A stretch of DNA of 64,000 nucleotides. Origin: Dehalococcoidia bacterium UBA6627. Lineage in GTDB: Bacteria > Chloroflexota > Dehalococcoidia > UBA2979. Below are positions 18,980 to 29,686 of this stretch, piece by piece. The number at the start of each line of letters is the position of its first letter. Position 1 is the stretch's first letter. The stretch spans positions 932-64,931 of the forward strand of contig DKLZ01000022.1 of assembly GCA_002455955.1 (NCBI GenBank), given 5' to 3'. The translations under genes and the position numbers were made by a program. The notes below the pieces were generated by a model, which had not been told where the DNA came from, searched no databases, and saw only the letters and a program-made list of their open reading frames with translations.

Positions 18980-21900
18980 AGTCAACGATTTCAATGCAAT
19001 TCGTCTAGGCCTGGCCTCATCATCTCAGATCATGTCCTGGTCGTATGGTGAGGTAACCAAGCCCGAAACGATCAACTACCGAACATTAAAGCCAGAAATG
19101 GATGGGCTTTTTTGTCAGCGAATCTTCGGACCAATCAAGGATTTCGAATGTGCCTGCGGGAAGTACAAGCGCATCCGGTACAAAGGTATTGTCTGCGATA
19201 GATGTGGCACTGAGGTAACACGAAGTAAAGTCCGCCGTGAACGAATGGGCCATATCACACTAGCCGCTCCGGTAACCCACATCTGGTTCGCTAAGGGAGT
19301 ACCAAGTCGACTTGGCCTACTCCTGGACATTCCACCCCGAACGTTAGAGCGTGTTCTCTACTTCGCTCAGTATGTTGTGACAGAGGTTGATGACGAGTCA
19401 CGATCTCACGCTCTCGATCTGCTTCATCTCGAAATTGACGAAGAGGCCTCACGCCGAGAAGGTGAAATTGGAACGCAAATCACCACGCGCGAAGAAACGT
19501 TGGAAACCGAGCTTGCAGCGATAGAAAGTCGCAAAGAAGAAGAAGTGGCGTCTGCCGACAAGGAACTTACTAAACAAATAGACGAGGTCATGACCGAAGC
19601 GCGTGAGCTCGAGAAGGATCTAAGCGAGCGCTCTGGTGAAAAGCTACGAGGAAAACTGGTTTTCCGCGATCAGATGATCGGTCAGCGCAGTGACAACATC
19701 ACTGATGAAACAATAAAGTCCCTCCAAGATGCCACCAAGATAACGGTGGAGAATATTGAGTCAGCCACCGCGGAAAATAAGTCCGATATTCAACTTATGG
19801 CGGATGCTGCATCTCAGCAAAAGCGCGATGCAGCATTTGAAGAGCTTGAGCCTTTACGAGAACAGTCGATCTTGATCCGCAACGAAGTCAATAAGGAATA
19901 TGAGCCACTAGCGAAATGGCTCGAAAAACTCCGAGACCCCATCGAATCAGATGCGCTTACGGTGCTCAGTGAAGACGAGTTCCGAGAATATGAAGAGCGC
20001 TTTGGGCTCGTTTTCAAAGCATCGATGGGTGCCGAGGCAGTGCTTTCAATCCTTCAAAGGTTCGATCTCGATGCACTACGTTTAAAGTTGCAAGATGAAC
20101 TGCACTCAACCAGTGGCCAACGACGTAAGAAAGCAACAAAGCGTTTACGTATCGTTGAGTCACTTCGTAAATCAGGGAACCGACCCGACTGGATGATCAT
20201 TAGTGAACTGCCTGTTCTCCCACCCGATCTGCGCCCAATGGTGCAATTGGAAGGCGGGCGTTTTGCTACTTCAGACCTCAACGACCTATACCGCCGAGTG
20301 ATCAATCGCAACAACCGGCTAAAGCGCCTGCTTAGTCTTGGTGCACCGGAAATCATTATTCGCAATGAGAAACGAATGCTCCAAGAGTCGGTCGATTCGT
20401 TGATCGACAATGGGCGCCGCGGTCGAGCAGTATCTGGTTCCGGAAATCACAAACTGAAATCTCTATCTGACCTGCTGAAGGGTAAGCAAGGGCGGTTTCG
20501 TCAAAATCTTCTCGGCAAGCGAGTCGACTACTCAGGTCGTTCCGTAATCATCGTTGGCCCTCAGTTGAAACTCGACCAGTGCGGACTGCCAAAGAAGATG
20601 GCATTGGAGCTCTTTAAACCATTCGTAATGCATGCCTTAGTTCGAAGTGGCCTTGCCCACAACATTAAAAGTGCGAAACGCATAGTTGAACGGGCACAAC
20701 CTGAAGTATGGGATGTATTAGAAGAGGTAATCAAAGACCGTCCGGTCTTACTGAATCGGGCGCCGACACTGCACCGCTTAGGAATTCAGGCATTCGAGCC
20801 AATACTAGTTGAAGGTTCTGCTATCCAACTGCATCCGCTTGTCTGTTTTGCCTACAATGCGGACTTTGACGGCGATCAGATGGCCGTGCATGTGCCACTC
20901 TCGTACGAGGCAGTGGCCGAGGCACGACAGGTGATGTTGAGTACTGAAAACCTCCTTTCGCCATCCGACGGTGAACCTGTGGTCGCGCCAACTCTAGATA
21001 TGGTCCTCGGCTGCTACTACATGACTTATGAAGGCGTACTGCCTAATGACGTCCGCCCACAATCATTTATTGAAGTAGACCGAGTACGAATGGCTTACCA
21101 AGTCGGTCAAGTGGGTATTCAAGAGCCAATCAGACTGAAAGTCGATGAGCAATTTATTGATACTACTGTTGGGCGAGTGCTCTTCAACGAAATCGTTCCA
21201 AATGAACTCGGATACATCAATGAGCTAATGGATAAGAGCAAGCTACGGTCACTAGTATCTCGTTCACAACGCGATCTCGGTAACGCTCCAACAGTGGCCC
21301 TAGTGGATGCCATTAAAGATATCGGTTTCCGTTATGCCACCCAATCAGGACTCACGATTGCTGTATCAGACATCTCCGTGCCTAAAGCCAAACCAGAGAT
21401 GATGGCTGAGGCAGATGCTCGAATCAGTGCGATGGAGGATCAATATCAACTTGGTCTAATCACTGCTGATGAGAAATATCAGGCTGCAATCAGTATCTGG
21501 TCAGATACGACAAACCGAATGCAAGACGCTCTATACGAGGCCCTTCCCCCCACTAGTGCTCTCGCGATGATGTCGAACAGTGGCGCGAAGGGAAATATTG
21601 CACAGATCCGTCAAATGGGCGCCATGCGTGGACTAATGTCGGACCCATCAGGGCGCATCATCGACCTTCCGATTCGAGCAAGTTTCCGTGAAGGATTGTC
21701 AGTTCTCGAATATTTCATCTCGACGCACGGTGCCAGAAAAGGGTTAGCGGACACGGCACTTCGTACTGCCGACTCAGGCTACCTGACTCGCCGCATGATC
21801 GATGTCTCACAAGACGTCGTAGTGCAACCAGGTACCTGCGTCGAACCGGGTGAACCGATCCCGGGCATCTGGCTCAGCCACCGCCCCGGGGAAACATTAC

Positions 21901-23324
21901 TAGCATCACTCGAGGAAAGGATCGCAGGACGTTTTACTGCGTCCGCGGTCGCCCACCCCGATACAGGTGAGATATTGATCGGTGAAGATGAGGAGATTAA
22001 CAACGAAATAGCGCACCAGATCGTTGAATCTGGGATTGATCGTGTTCATGTCCAATCACCGCTAACCGATACTAGCCCTCGAGGAATTGCACAACACAGT
22101 TATGGTCGTTCATTAGCAACCGGTGAACCGGTTGAACCCGGTACAGCTATCGGCATTATCGCAGCTCAATCGATTGGTGAACCTGGTACACAATTGACGA
22201 TGCGGACTTTCCACACTGGTGGAGTCGCAGGTACTGACATTACCTCTGGACTACCGCGTGTTGAAGAAATTTTTGAAGCACGCGTTCCAAAAGGTCAAGC
22301 ATTGCTCGCCGAGATCGACGGTGTGGTTCAGGTATCGAGAGACGGCGACCAAAGGACGATTTCGGTTACGGCTACTGAATCATTCACTGAGCAATTCGAG
22401 TTGCCTAAGGACTTTGAGCTATTAGTGAAAAATGGTGCGGAGGTTTCGCTGGATGAACCACTAGCACAGCCGCCCGAAGATTCTAATGAATCCGACGTAC
22501 CTATGGTTCCGATCACGGCTACTGCCAACGGCACTGTGGAATTTGTAAGAGATGGACGTAGACGGAGACCGATAGCTTTACGAATCACGGCAGAATTGAA
22601 GGATGTTCGAGAATATCCAGTACCAGCCAGCGGGCGTTTACGGGTTGAAGGCGGAGAGTTCGTGCAAGCGGGAAGCCAGTTAACGGAAGGACCACTCGAC
22701 CCACAGGAAGTTCTGAAAATCATGGGACCAGAAGCGTGCCAGCTGTACCTTGTCGACGAAGTGCAACGTGTTTATCGCTCCCAAGGTGTTAATATCAACG
22801 ACCGACATATAGAAGTCATCGTCAATCAAATGATGCGAAAAGTTCGCATTGAAGATCCGGGAGACACAGAACATCTCCCGACCGAATTGGTTGATCGCAA
22901 TGAGTTTGGGGAGGAGAACGAACGAATCATTGCCGAAGGTGGTACTCCGGCAAAAGCTGAACCGGTACTGCTGGGTGTAACCAAAGCTTCACTGTCGACC
23001 GATTCATTCTTAGCAGCAGCATCATTCCAAGAGACCACGCGGGTACTGACAGATGCCGCAATCAGTGGTTCCACAGATCATCTCCGAGGCCTCAAGGAAA
23101 ATGTGATCATCGGTAAACTAATTCCTGCACGCGCTGAGGTAACTGTCGAACGGCCAGAACCAATCGCAGAAATAGCGATGCCCGACTCGATGGTCTTACC
23201 GTTTATTTTCGACTTTGAACGTCAGGAAAACATCATCGGTGAAACACCATCGGCTTTCATGCCAAGCGAGGAGATGACAGCGGAGCTTGCGGGTGCAACT
23301 TCTTACGTTGCCGAACCCGACTAG
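18963..23324 (+). CDS. rpoC: DNA-directed RNA polymerase beta' subunit (with a large insertion after the zinc-binding/clamp region)
   Basis: [19 protein letters not shown] start, Zn-finger CxCGKY...C..C, NADFDGD active site. Overlaps the rpoB stop by 17 nt. Confidence 0.95.
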   Translation: MLPVLEVNDFNAIRLGLASSSQIMSWSYGEVTKPETINYRTLKPEMDGLFCQRIFGPIKDFECACGKYKRIRYKGIVCDRCGTEVTRSKVRRERMGHITLAAPVTHIWFAKGVPSRLGLLLDIPPRTLERVLYFAQYVVTEVDDESRSHALDLLHLEIDEEASRREGEIGTQITTREETLETELAAIESRKEEEVASADKELTKQIDEVMTEARELEKDLSERSGEKLRGKLVFRDQMIGQRSDNITDETIKSLQDATKITVENIESATAENKSDIQLMADAASQQKRDAAFEELEPLREQSILIRNEVNKEYEPLAKWLEKLRDPIESDALTVLSEDEFREYEERFGLVFKASMGAEAVLSILQRFDLDALRLKLQDELHSTSGQRRKKATKRLRIVESLRKSGNRPDWMIISELPVLPPDLRPMVQLEGGRFATSDLNDLYRRVINRNNRLKRLLSLGAPEIIIRNEKRMLQESVDSLIDNGRRGRAVSGSGNHKLKSLSDLLKGKQGRFRQNLLGKRVDYSGRSVIIVGPQLKLDQCGLPKKMALELFKPFVMHALVRSGLAHNIKSAKRIVERAQPEVWDVLEEVIKDRPVLLNRAPTLHRLGIQAFEPILVEGSAIQLHPLVCFAYNADFDGDQMAVHVPLSYEAVAEARQVMLSTENLLSPSDGEPVVAPTLDMVLGCYYMTYEGVLPNDVRPQSFIEVDRVRMAYQVGQVGIQEPIRLKVDEQFIDTTVGRVLFNEIVPNELGYINELMDKSKLRSLVSRSQRDLGNAPTVALVDAIKDIGFRYATQSGLTIAVSDISVPKAKPEMMAEADARISAMEDQYQLGLITADEKYQAAISIWSDTTNRMQDALYEALPPTSALAMMSNSGAKGNIAQIRQMGAMRGLMSDPSGRIIDLPIRASFREGLSVLEYFISTHGARKGLADTALRTADSGYLTRRMIDVSQDVVVQPGTCVEPGEPIPGIWLSHRPGETLLASLEERIAGRFTASAVAHPDTGEILIGEDEEINNEIAHQIVESGIDRVHVQSPLTDTSPRGIAQHSYGRSLATGEPVEPGTAIGIIAAQSIGEPGTQLTMRTFHTGGVAGTDITSGLPRVEEIFEARVPKGQALLAEIDGVVQVSRDGDQRTISVTATESFTEQFELPKDFELLVKNGAEVSLDEPLAQPPEDSNESDVPMVPITATANGTVEFVRDGRRRRPIALRITAELKDVREYPVPASGRLRVEGGEFVQAGSQLTEGPLDPQEVLKIMGPEACQLYLVDEVQRVYRSQGVNINDRHIEVIVNQMMRKVRIEDPGDTEHLPTELVDRNEFGEENERIIAEGGTPAKAEPVLLGVTKASLSTDSFLAAASFQETTRVLTDAAISGSTDHLRGLKENVIIGKLIPARAEVTVERPEPIAEIAMPDSMVLPFIFDFERQENIIGETPSAFMPSEEMTAELAGATSYVAEPD

Positions 23325-23334
23325 AATGAGGTGA

Positions 23335-25356
23335 TTAGTTCATTGAACTAGTAGGTTGCACTTCATCTCGTACCGGCAGCGGAAATGAAGTCCCGGCTGC
23401 CATCGGTCGTGGGCTGATCTGTATACCAGTATCAATTGGATTGAGGTTCACTAGGAGGCGCTCCCGTTCCTGCATTAGGCGCTCTTCCTGTGGTGAATTG
23501 TCATGAATCTTATACTGAACCAAATCAGCGATCTTTACCTTGCAGCTGTTATCGAAATTCTGCATTCCACACACGTTGCAAGGATCTCTTTTGCAATCCA
23601 GAGTGATTTCCTGTTCTAGCGTCTTTAACCATTCACCACGGAGGTAGCTCGCTTCGGTACCCCCGTGAATGTGCGCCCATGGATGGGTTTCCCAAAGTTC
23701 ACGTGTGCGATAGGCATGAAAGGATGGGTCAACTCCACATTCCTCGAACGCAGCATCCCAGAGTGACCAATCGTGATGTTCAGACCAAGCATCGAATTTC
23801 GCACCAGCCCGCCATGCTTTTTCGATAACATCGCCTATACGACGGTCCCCTCTAGAAAGTACCGCCTCAAGTAACGATTTCTCTGGATCTTCCCAAGTAA
23901 ATTGGACACCAATCTTACGGCAACCATTTCGGAGAATTTGATGACGCCGCCGCAGTGTTTCTGGGTCACACTGAGGTGACCACTGGTACGGTGTATGAGC
24001 TTTCGGTATGAAATTACTGGTAGATACTCGTACACGTGCCCGCGTACCTATGTGCTTCCGCCCAATCGCCTTAACTTCTGCTGCAATACGAATAATTTCT
24101 TCAATATCGTGATCTGTCTCGGTCGGTTGTCCGACCATGAAATACATCTTGATCGAAGTCCAGCCTCCACCGAAAGCATTCTCGGCCGCTGTGAGAATGT
24201 CGGCTTCGGATACAAGCTTGCTAATAGTGTTACGAAGACGCTGCGATCCAGCCTCAGGGGCAAGAGTCAAAGTGCGCTTCTTACCACGTGCAACAGCAGC
24301 TGAGATGTCGACTGAGAATGAGTCGACGCGAGTTGAAGGGATACTGATTTTGAGGCCTCTATCGCCATATACATCCATCAGTTGGTTAACCATCGGAGCA
24401 ATTTCTGAGTGGTCCGTAGTTGAAAGCGACATCAAAGAGAGCTCATCGTAACCAGTATTGGCGAGTAGCTCACCGGCTGCCTGAACAACCTCTTCCACAG
24501 TTCGCTCGCGGCTCGGGCGATAAATCATTCCCGCTTGACAAAAACGACAACCCTGAGTGCACCCACGCTGGATCTCGATAGTGGCACGGTTATGTATTAC
24601 TTCTATGTAGGGAACAATCGGTTTAGTGATCGGAGGTTCAAGAACCTGAACGACACGTCTGCTGACACGACCTGGAGCAGCGTCGTCGACTGGCTCGATC
24701 ATGTCAATGGTGCCATCGTCTTGATAGCGGACGTTGTAAAGAGATGGGACGTATACACCGTCTATACGGGCAAGCTTTCGATGAAGTTCACGGCGTGGAC
24801 CTCCCCCTCGAAGTTTCCAAGCTGAGATCACGTCACAGATATCGCGAATTATCTCCTCGCCTTCGCCTAAAGCGAATGCATCGATAAATGGGGAAAGTGG
24901 TTCGGGTTCTAAGGCTCCTGAGCCACCTGCTATCACAATTGTTTCATCGTCGGTTCGATCTTCTGTACGCAAGGCTATTTTGCCAAGATCTAACATGTTT
25001 AAGACATTCGAATAGCAAGCCTCGTACTGCAATGTGACACCCAAGACATCAAATTCATAAAGAGGGTGCTTCGTCTCAAGTGACCGCAGTGGTTCATCGT
25101 GCTGTCTCAGTAACTCTTCGAAATCAATCCAAGGACTAAACACCCTTTCGGCTAGAGCGTCTTCACGACGATTGATGATGTCGTAGAGGATCATTAACCC
25201 AAGATTTGACATGCCGAGGTCATAGAGATCCGGATATGCGAGGGCAACTCGCAGCTCGTGCTGCACCCAATCCTTGGTGATCGAGTTTAGCTCCCCGCCC
25301 GTGTAACGTGCCGGGCGCTGAACTTGAGGGATGAGCGACTCGTAAACGGTCGTCAT
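23335..25356 (-). CDS. B12-binding-domain radical SAM protein (TIGR03960-like, with a C-terminal DUF2344-like region)
   Basis: The N-terminal RPARYTGGELNS...LAYPDLYDLGMSNLGLMILY matches the TIGR03960 family. CxxxCxxC cluster (CTQGCRFCQAG). Confidence 0.75.
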   Translation of the reverse strand: MTTVYESLIPQVQRPARYTGGELNSITKDWVQHELRVALAYPDLYDLGMSNLGLMILYDIINRREDALAERVFSPWIDFEELLRQHDEPLRSLETKHPLYEFDVLGVTLQYEACYSNVLNMLDLGKIALRTEDRTDDETIVIAGGSGALEPEPLSPFIDAFALGEGEEIIRDICDVISAWKLRGGGPRRELHRKLARIDGVYVPSLYNVRYQDDGTIDMIEPVDDAAPGRVSRRVVQVLEPPITKPIVPYIEVIHNRATIEIQRGCTQGCRFCQAGMIYRPSRERTVEEVVQAAGELLANTGYDELSLMSLSTTDHSEIAPMVNQLMDVYGDRGLKISIPSTRVDSFSVDISAAVARGKKRTLTLAPEAGSQRLRNTISKLVSEADILTAAENAFGGGWTSIKMYFMVGQPTETDHDIEEIIRIAAEVKAIGRKHIGTRARVRVSTSNFIPKAHTPYQWSPQCDPETLRRRHQILRNGCRKIGVQFTWEDPEKSLLEAVLSRGDRRIGDVIEKAWRAGAKFDAWSEHHDWSLWDAAFEECGVDPSFHAYRTRELWETHPWAHIHGGTEASYLRGEWLKTLEQEITLDCKRDPCNVCGMQNFDNSCKVKIADLVQYKIHDNSPQEERLMQERERLLVNLNPIDTGIQISPRPMAAGTSFPLPVRDEVQPTSSMN

Positions 25357-25482
25357 AGCAATAGCTCCTGTGTCTTTCGTTAAGGTGCCATTGCTACAGG
25401 CACGCTACTGAAAGGTTAGTAGGCCGTTAAGCTCGAAAACAACAATGCGACTGTTCTTCATTGAGTACAAACGTAGAATTGC

Positions 25483-26178
25483 ATGATGACTGATGTGATT
25501 GCAGCCATCGTGCTTGCCGCAGGGAACTCCTCCCGCATGGAAGGAGACGACAAGCTCTGGGCCGATTTAGGCGGAAAGCCTGTGGTTTCCCGCTCATTGG
25601 AAAGTCTAATCGAACTCGCTGTACTGAATATTCTAGTCATTGTTAGCCCCTCGAGTCGTCATAAGGAACTGCGAAAACTTATTCGACGACCAAAGACACT
25701 AGAACTGCGCTTTGTCGAGGGCGGCGATAGGAGACAAGACTCCGTTGCTGCTGGAATCGCAGCAGCAGCAGAGGCTGATTGGTACTTGGTACATGACGGT
25801 GCACGCCCGCTGGCGACAGTGGAATTGTCGGCAGCTGTGCTTGACGCTGCACGCTTGTATGGTGCAGCAATTCCCGGTGTACCTGTAACAGATACATTAA
25901 AGCGAGTACACGATAACCGTAAGATTATCGAAACCGTAAACCGGACTCCGTTGCGTGCTATACAAACACCTCAAGCATTTTCAGGAGATGTGCTTCGTGA
26001 AGCACACAAGAAAATTCGAGGCGATGTGACTGATGACGCCGCAATGGTCGAAGAACTTGGTTACCCAGTGGCCTTAGTCGAAGGCGAAACAACAAATCTA
26101 AAAGTGACAAGAAAGACAGACCTATTAATCGCTCGAACATTCTTCGAGGCGAAGAGTAATACTCAAAGGGGACGCTGA
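25483..26178 (+). CDS. ispD: 2-C-methyl-D-erythritol 4-phosphate cytidylyltransferase
   Basis: The N-terminal AAIVLAAGNSSRM matches the IspD signature (AAG.G.RM). 231 aa. Confidence 0.9.
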   Translation: MMTDVIAAIVLAAGNSSRMEGDDKLWADLGGKPVVSRSLESLIELAVLNILVIVSPSSRHKELRKLIRRPKTLELRFVEGGDRRQDSVAAGIAAAAEADWYLVHDGARPLATVELSAAVLDAARLYGAAIPGVPVTDTLKRVHDNRKIIETVNRTPLRAIQTPQAFSGDVLREAHKKIRGDVTDDAAMVEELGYPVALVEGETTNLKVTRKTDLLIARTFFEAKSNTQRGR

Positions 26179-26663
26179 TGCGCGTCGGGTTTGGATACGA
26201 CATTCACCAATTCCGAGACGGAGCTAGTGGTCCTCTACGCCTTGGTGGAGTTGATATACCTAATGCGCCTCAGCTGAAAGGACACTCAGATGGTGATCCA
26301 CTGATACACGCGGTTATTGATGCATTACTTGGAGCTGCAGGAGAAGGTGACATTGGTAAACACTTTCCACCAGGGGAAGCAGCAACAGCCGGGATAGATA
26401 GTCGGGTACTACTAGAACGTGTTTCGGCACTGTTGTTGTCACGGCGGATCGATATTGTCAACGTCGATGCAACCATCATTGCTGAATACCCACCTCTTAG
26501 TGACCATTTCCTCGCTATGAGGGAGACTATCGCAAACGCACTGGGAATGGACGATGATCGTGTGAACGTGAAAGCAACTACAAATGAAGGGCTCGGTGTA
26601 ATTGGCTCAGGTCAGGCAATCGCTGCTATGGCCGTAGCTCTTATCGAGGAACATGTACGATAG
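26178..26663 (+). CDS. ispF: 2-C-methyl-D-erythritol 2,4-cyclodiphosphate synthase
   Basis: MRVGFGYDIHQF...GHSDGDPLIHAVIDALLGAAGEGDIGKHFP closely follows the IspF consensus. 1-nt overlap with ispD (TGATG). Confidence 0.9.
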   Translation: MRVGFGYDIHQFRDGASGPLRLGGVDIPNAPQLKGHSDGDPLIHAVIDALLGAAGEGDIGKHFPPGEAATAGIDSRVLLERVSALLLSRRIDIVNVDATIIAEYPPLSDHFLAMRETIANALGMDDDRVNVKATTNEGLGVIGSGQAIAAMAVALIEEHVR

Positions 26664-26692
26664 CAATGCAATGTTCAATAATTTGCATTGCT
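26663..26692. repeat. Perfect 10-bp inverted repeat (AGCAATGCAA-N10-TTGCATTGCT) overlapping the ispF stop codon
   Basis: Read directly: 26663-26672 is the reverse complement of 26683-26692. No U-tract follows, so it is not a canonical intrinsic terminator. Confidence 0.6.
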
Positions 26693-26819
26693 CGGCACTT
26701 GGATGATCCATACTGTGGGGACAATATGAATACCTTTATCCGCGCGTCTCTAAAGAAATTTCTGTTTTAACGTCGAGTCAACCCTACGACTATCTGATCG
26801 CCCAGAACGGACCATCCCC

Positions 26820-27539
26820 ATGGGCTGGTTAACAACAATTAAGGAAGACATTAGAGCTGCACGGGATCGCGATCCTGCTGCACGCAATTGGATTGAGATC
26901 CTTTTAGCTTACCCTGGAGTACACGCACTGATAGTACATCGGTTCGTGTACCGGTTAAACCGCATCCAGACCCCGATACTCCCGCGAGTGATGTCACACT
27001 TCATGCGTTTTCTAACTGGGATTGAAATTCACCCCGGTGCGCTTATTGGAAGGCGCTGCTTTATCGATCACGGGATGGGCGTCGTCATAGGTGAAACTAC
27101 AATTATTGGTGATGACTGCCATCTTTATCAGGGAGTCACCCTTGGTGGCACATCGACGCTACAAGAAAAACGTCACCCTACCCTCGAAGAGGGTGTTGTG
27201 GTTGGTGCAGGTGCGAAGATAATCGGAGCCGTGACTATTGGAGCTCAAGCACGAATTGGAGCTGGTGCGGTGGTAGTGTCGAGCGTTCCAGCAAAAGCTA
27301 CTGTAGTGGGTGTACCAGGTCACGTGGTCGCTTTTACCGTTCCAGCTACACATACCGAAAATCAGACGGTAGAACGACTTCCTGATCCAGAATGGGATCG
27401 GATAGATGCCCTCGAGCGTCGCGTTAAAGAACTAGAGACACTCATGAGTAGTAGTGAAGACAGTAGCTCTGAAGTATTTGTGGAACCTAATCAACAACTT
27501 TCAAGCATCCGCGACAACGATCACAACAAAGAAAGATAG
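26820..27539 (+). CDS. cysE: Serine O-acetyltransferase
   Basis: The N-terminal [26 protein letters not shown] and hexapeptide repeats are typical of CysE. About 50-aa C-terminal extension. Confidence 0.85.
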   Translation: MGWLTTIKEDIRAARDRDPAARNWIEILLAYPGVHALIVHRFVYRLNRIQTPILPRVMSHFMRFLTGIEIHPGALIGRRCFIDHGMGVVIGETTIIGDDCHLYQGVTLGGTSTLQEKRHPTLEEGVVVGAGAKIIGAVTIGAQARIGAGAVVVSSVPAKATVVGVPGHVVAFTVPATHTENQTVERLPDPEWDRIDALERRVKELETLMSSSEDSSSEVFVEPNQQLSSIRDNDHNKER

Positions 27540-27549
27540 GGCGCGCGAG

Positions 27550-28995
27550 ATGAGATTATTGGACACTCTCACTAACAAACTGCGTGAAGTTGACCCTGTT
27601 CACGAAGGCTCTATAGGGATTTATGTTTGTGGCGTTACTCCCTACGCGGAGGCGCATGTAGGACATGCGATGTCGTTAATTGTCTACGACGTGCTCGTCA
27701 GATACCTGAGATGGGATGGCAATTCGGCTAGAGGCTATAACGTTACTTTCGTCACTAATTACACCGACGTTGACGACAAACTTATTGAGCGCGCTGCCGA
27801 ACTGAATTGCGACCCTTTGGAGCTTGCATCTGAAAACATCGACCGCTGGGAACGAGAACAAGTCGAGCTCGGTATCGTACCGCCTGACAAGCGCCCTCGG
27901 GTTACAGGTGAAATAGAGACGATCACTTCTACTATCGAAGAGATCATTCGCCAAGGATATGCCTACGTCACTACAAACGGCGACGTCTACTACCGTGTTC
28001 AGGTGAAAAATGACTATGGGAAGCTTTCACATAGAGAAATTGAAGGCCTGAGAGCCGGAACGCGAGGTGAGCTCGGCAAAGATAAAGAGTTTCCGCTCGA
28101 TTTCGCTCTATGGAAGAAGCAGAAGCCAGGAGAACCTGCCTGGCCTTCTCCATGGAGCAACGGTAGACCTGGTTGGCATATCGAGTGTTCCGCTATGGCC
28201 CAACGGTACTTAGGTGACACCTTCGACATCCACGGCGGTGGAGTTGATCTCATCTTCCCTCATCATGAAAACGAAATTGCTCAGGCAGAAGCAGCAACTG
28301 GTAAACCATTTGCACGCCTATGGATGCATAACGGAATGGTGCAATACGAAAATGAAAAAATGTCGAAATCTACTGGCAATCTTGTTTCAGTGGCGGAAGC
28401 ACTTCAACGCTGGCATCCCGCTGCATTGAGACTTTTCGTATTGAGCAGTCATTACCGAGGGCCCAATAACCTGACAGAGGAGGCAATGGGAGCAGCAACG
28501 CGTGGCATCGAACGTTTAGAGGGTGCACTTAAGCCGTTTAAGGCATCTCCGGATGCTACCCCTCTGGATCCGGAAGGGACGCGAACACGTTTTGTCGAAG
28601 CGATGGAGAACGACTTCGGCACTCCGCAAGCACTCGCTTCTCTGTTCGATTTGGCGCGTGCGATTAATCGCGGACGTGCTGAAGGTTTTGATCTCGGATT
28701 AGCTCAGGCTGAATTGCAAGAACTTACTTCAGTACTTGGCCTTCGCCTCGATAACATCACCTTCACTGAGGTAAAGATCGATAAAATTGCTCTGGCGGAT
28801 ACCGCATCAGAATTCGGAGTAGACCACAGTGGATCCGAGGTGGAATCTATCATTACTGCCTTGATTGAACGTCGCACAATCGCTAGAACCGAAAAAGATT
28901 TCATCTTGTCCGACGAGATTCGTGACAAGCTCGCTACGCTTCACATACTCCTTGAAGACACGCCAGAGGGAACCCACTGGTCAATGCAGTCGTAA
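27550..28995 (+). CDS. cysS: Cysteine--tRNA ligase
   Basis: HIGH-like motif (AHVGHAMS) and KMSKS motif present. Start at ATG 27550, 10 nt after the cysE stop. Confidence 0.9.
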   Translation: MRLLDTLTNKLREVDPVHEGSIGIYVCGVTPYAEAHVGHAMSLIVYDVLVRYLRWDGNSARGYNVTFVTNYTDVDDKLIERAAELNCDPLELASENIDRWEREQVELGIVPPDKRPRVTGEIETITSTIEEIIRQGYAYVTTNGDVYYRVQVKNDYGKLSHREIEGLRAGTRGELGKDKEFPLDFALWKKQKPGEPAWPSPWSNGRPGWHIECSAMAQRYLGDTFDIHGGGVDLIFPHHENEIAQAEAATGKPFARLWMHNGMVQYENEKMSKSTGNLVSVAEALQRWHPAALRLFVLSSHYRGPNNLTEEAMGAATRGIERLEGALKPFKASPDATPLDPEGTRTRFVEAMENDFGTPQALASLFDLARAINRGRAEGFDLGLAQAELQELTSVLGLRLDNITFTEVKIDKIALADTASEFGVDHSGSEVESIITALIERRTIARTEKDFILSDEIRDKLATLHILLEDTPEGTHWSMQS

Positions 28996-29047
28996 TTTAA
29001 GATCATGTAAACTGATGGGCACATTCGTTGACCGGCCGATCAGCATC

Positions 29048-29075
29048 GATATACTTGTAGCTTCCGATACGTACC
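29048..29075 (+). promoter_or_regulatory. Candidate sigma70-type promoter for the tRNA-tuf operon
   Basis: TTGACC (29048-29053), a 16-nt spacer, then TATACT (29070-29075). About 90 nt upstream of the first tRNA. Confidence 0.3.
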
Positions 29076-29165
29076 CCCAGCGACGCTCTTTGAGTCAATG
29101 GGGTGCGCCTTGCTCCCTACGACTCGGGCAAAAATGAATGCTTGGAGGCGTCGTAGCAAGCTATG

Positions 29166-29241
29166 GCCCGGGTGGCGCAATGGTAGCGCAACCGATTTGT
29201 AATCGGTAGGTTAGCGGGTTCGAATCCCCTCTCGGGCTCCA
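29166..29241 (+). tRNA. tRNA-Thr (anticodon TGT)
   Basis: Cloverleaf read by hand. Acceptor GCCCGGG/CTCGGGC. Anticodon stem ACCGA/TCGGT with loop TTTGTAA. T-loop TTCGAAT. CCA encoded. One C.C mismatch in the T-stem and a 6-nt variable loop as read. Confidence 0.75.
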
Positions 29242-29258
29242 GCCTCTCGAAGAATCGT

Positions 29259-29344
29259 GCAGGGGTGGGAGAGTGGCTAATTCCAGCGGACTGTAAATCC
29301 GCCGCCTTACGGCTACGCAGGTTCGAATCCTGCCCCCTGCACCA
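29259..29344 (+). tRNA. tRNA-Tyr (anticodon GTA), class II with a long variable arm
   Basis: Acceptor GCAGGGG/CCCCTGC. Anticodon loop CTGTAAA. T-arm GCAGG-TTCGAAT-CCTGC. CCA encoded. Confidence 0.9.
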
Positions 29345-29501
29345 GCACAGCAAATAAGAAAGTGAAATATTTTGATGGCCTATTGGATTTAGGGAAATAA
29401 GCGGTAAGAATATCAACGGATCAGTTAAAATGTGGAGCTTCAGTGGCGCGCAGCGCCAGCGGGCGGCACACTAGATGGTCGGCAGGTGCCCGATTCACGA
29501 C

Positions 29502-29576
29502 GCCCGCTTAGCTCAGTGGTAGAGCGCATTCTTGGTAAGAATGAGGTCATGAGTTCAACTCTCATAGCGGGCTCCA
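29502..29576 (+). tRNA. tRNA-Thr (anticodon GGT)
   Basis: GCCCGCTTAGCTCAGTGGTAGAGC D-arm. Anticodon loop TTGGTAA. T-arm ATGAG-TTCAACT-CTCAT. CCA encoded. Confidence 0.9.
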
Positions 29577-29686
29577 TGACCATGGCAGCTTCGTTGAGTT
29601 GAATGCAAACAAGAATAGAATGGCAACCAAGCACGGTGCTTGGTAGATAGAATCCCAGCTGACTGGGAAAAGAGTAGGAGACCGGG

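Noticed and set aside
26664-26819. Possible T-box leader upstream of cysE-cysS
   Set aside because: The spacer is only about 157 nt. I found no T-box consensus (AGGGTGGNACCGCG-like), no specifier-loop architecture, and no terminator/antiterminator pair with a U-tract.
29345-29501. Expected tRNA-Gly between tRNA-Tyr and the second tRNA-Thr
   Set aside because: I could not fold a cloverleaf with conserved D/T-loop motifs in this spacer by hand. It is left as a finding to test with tRNAscan.
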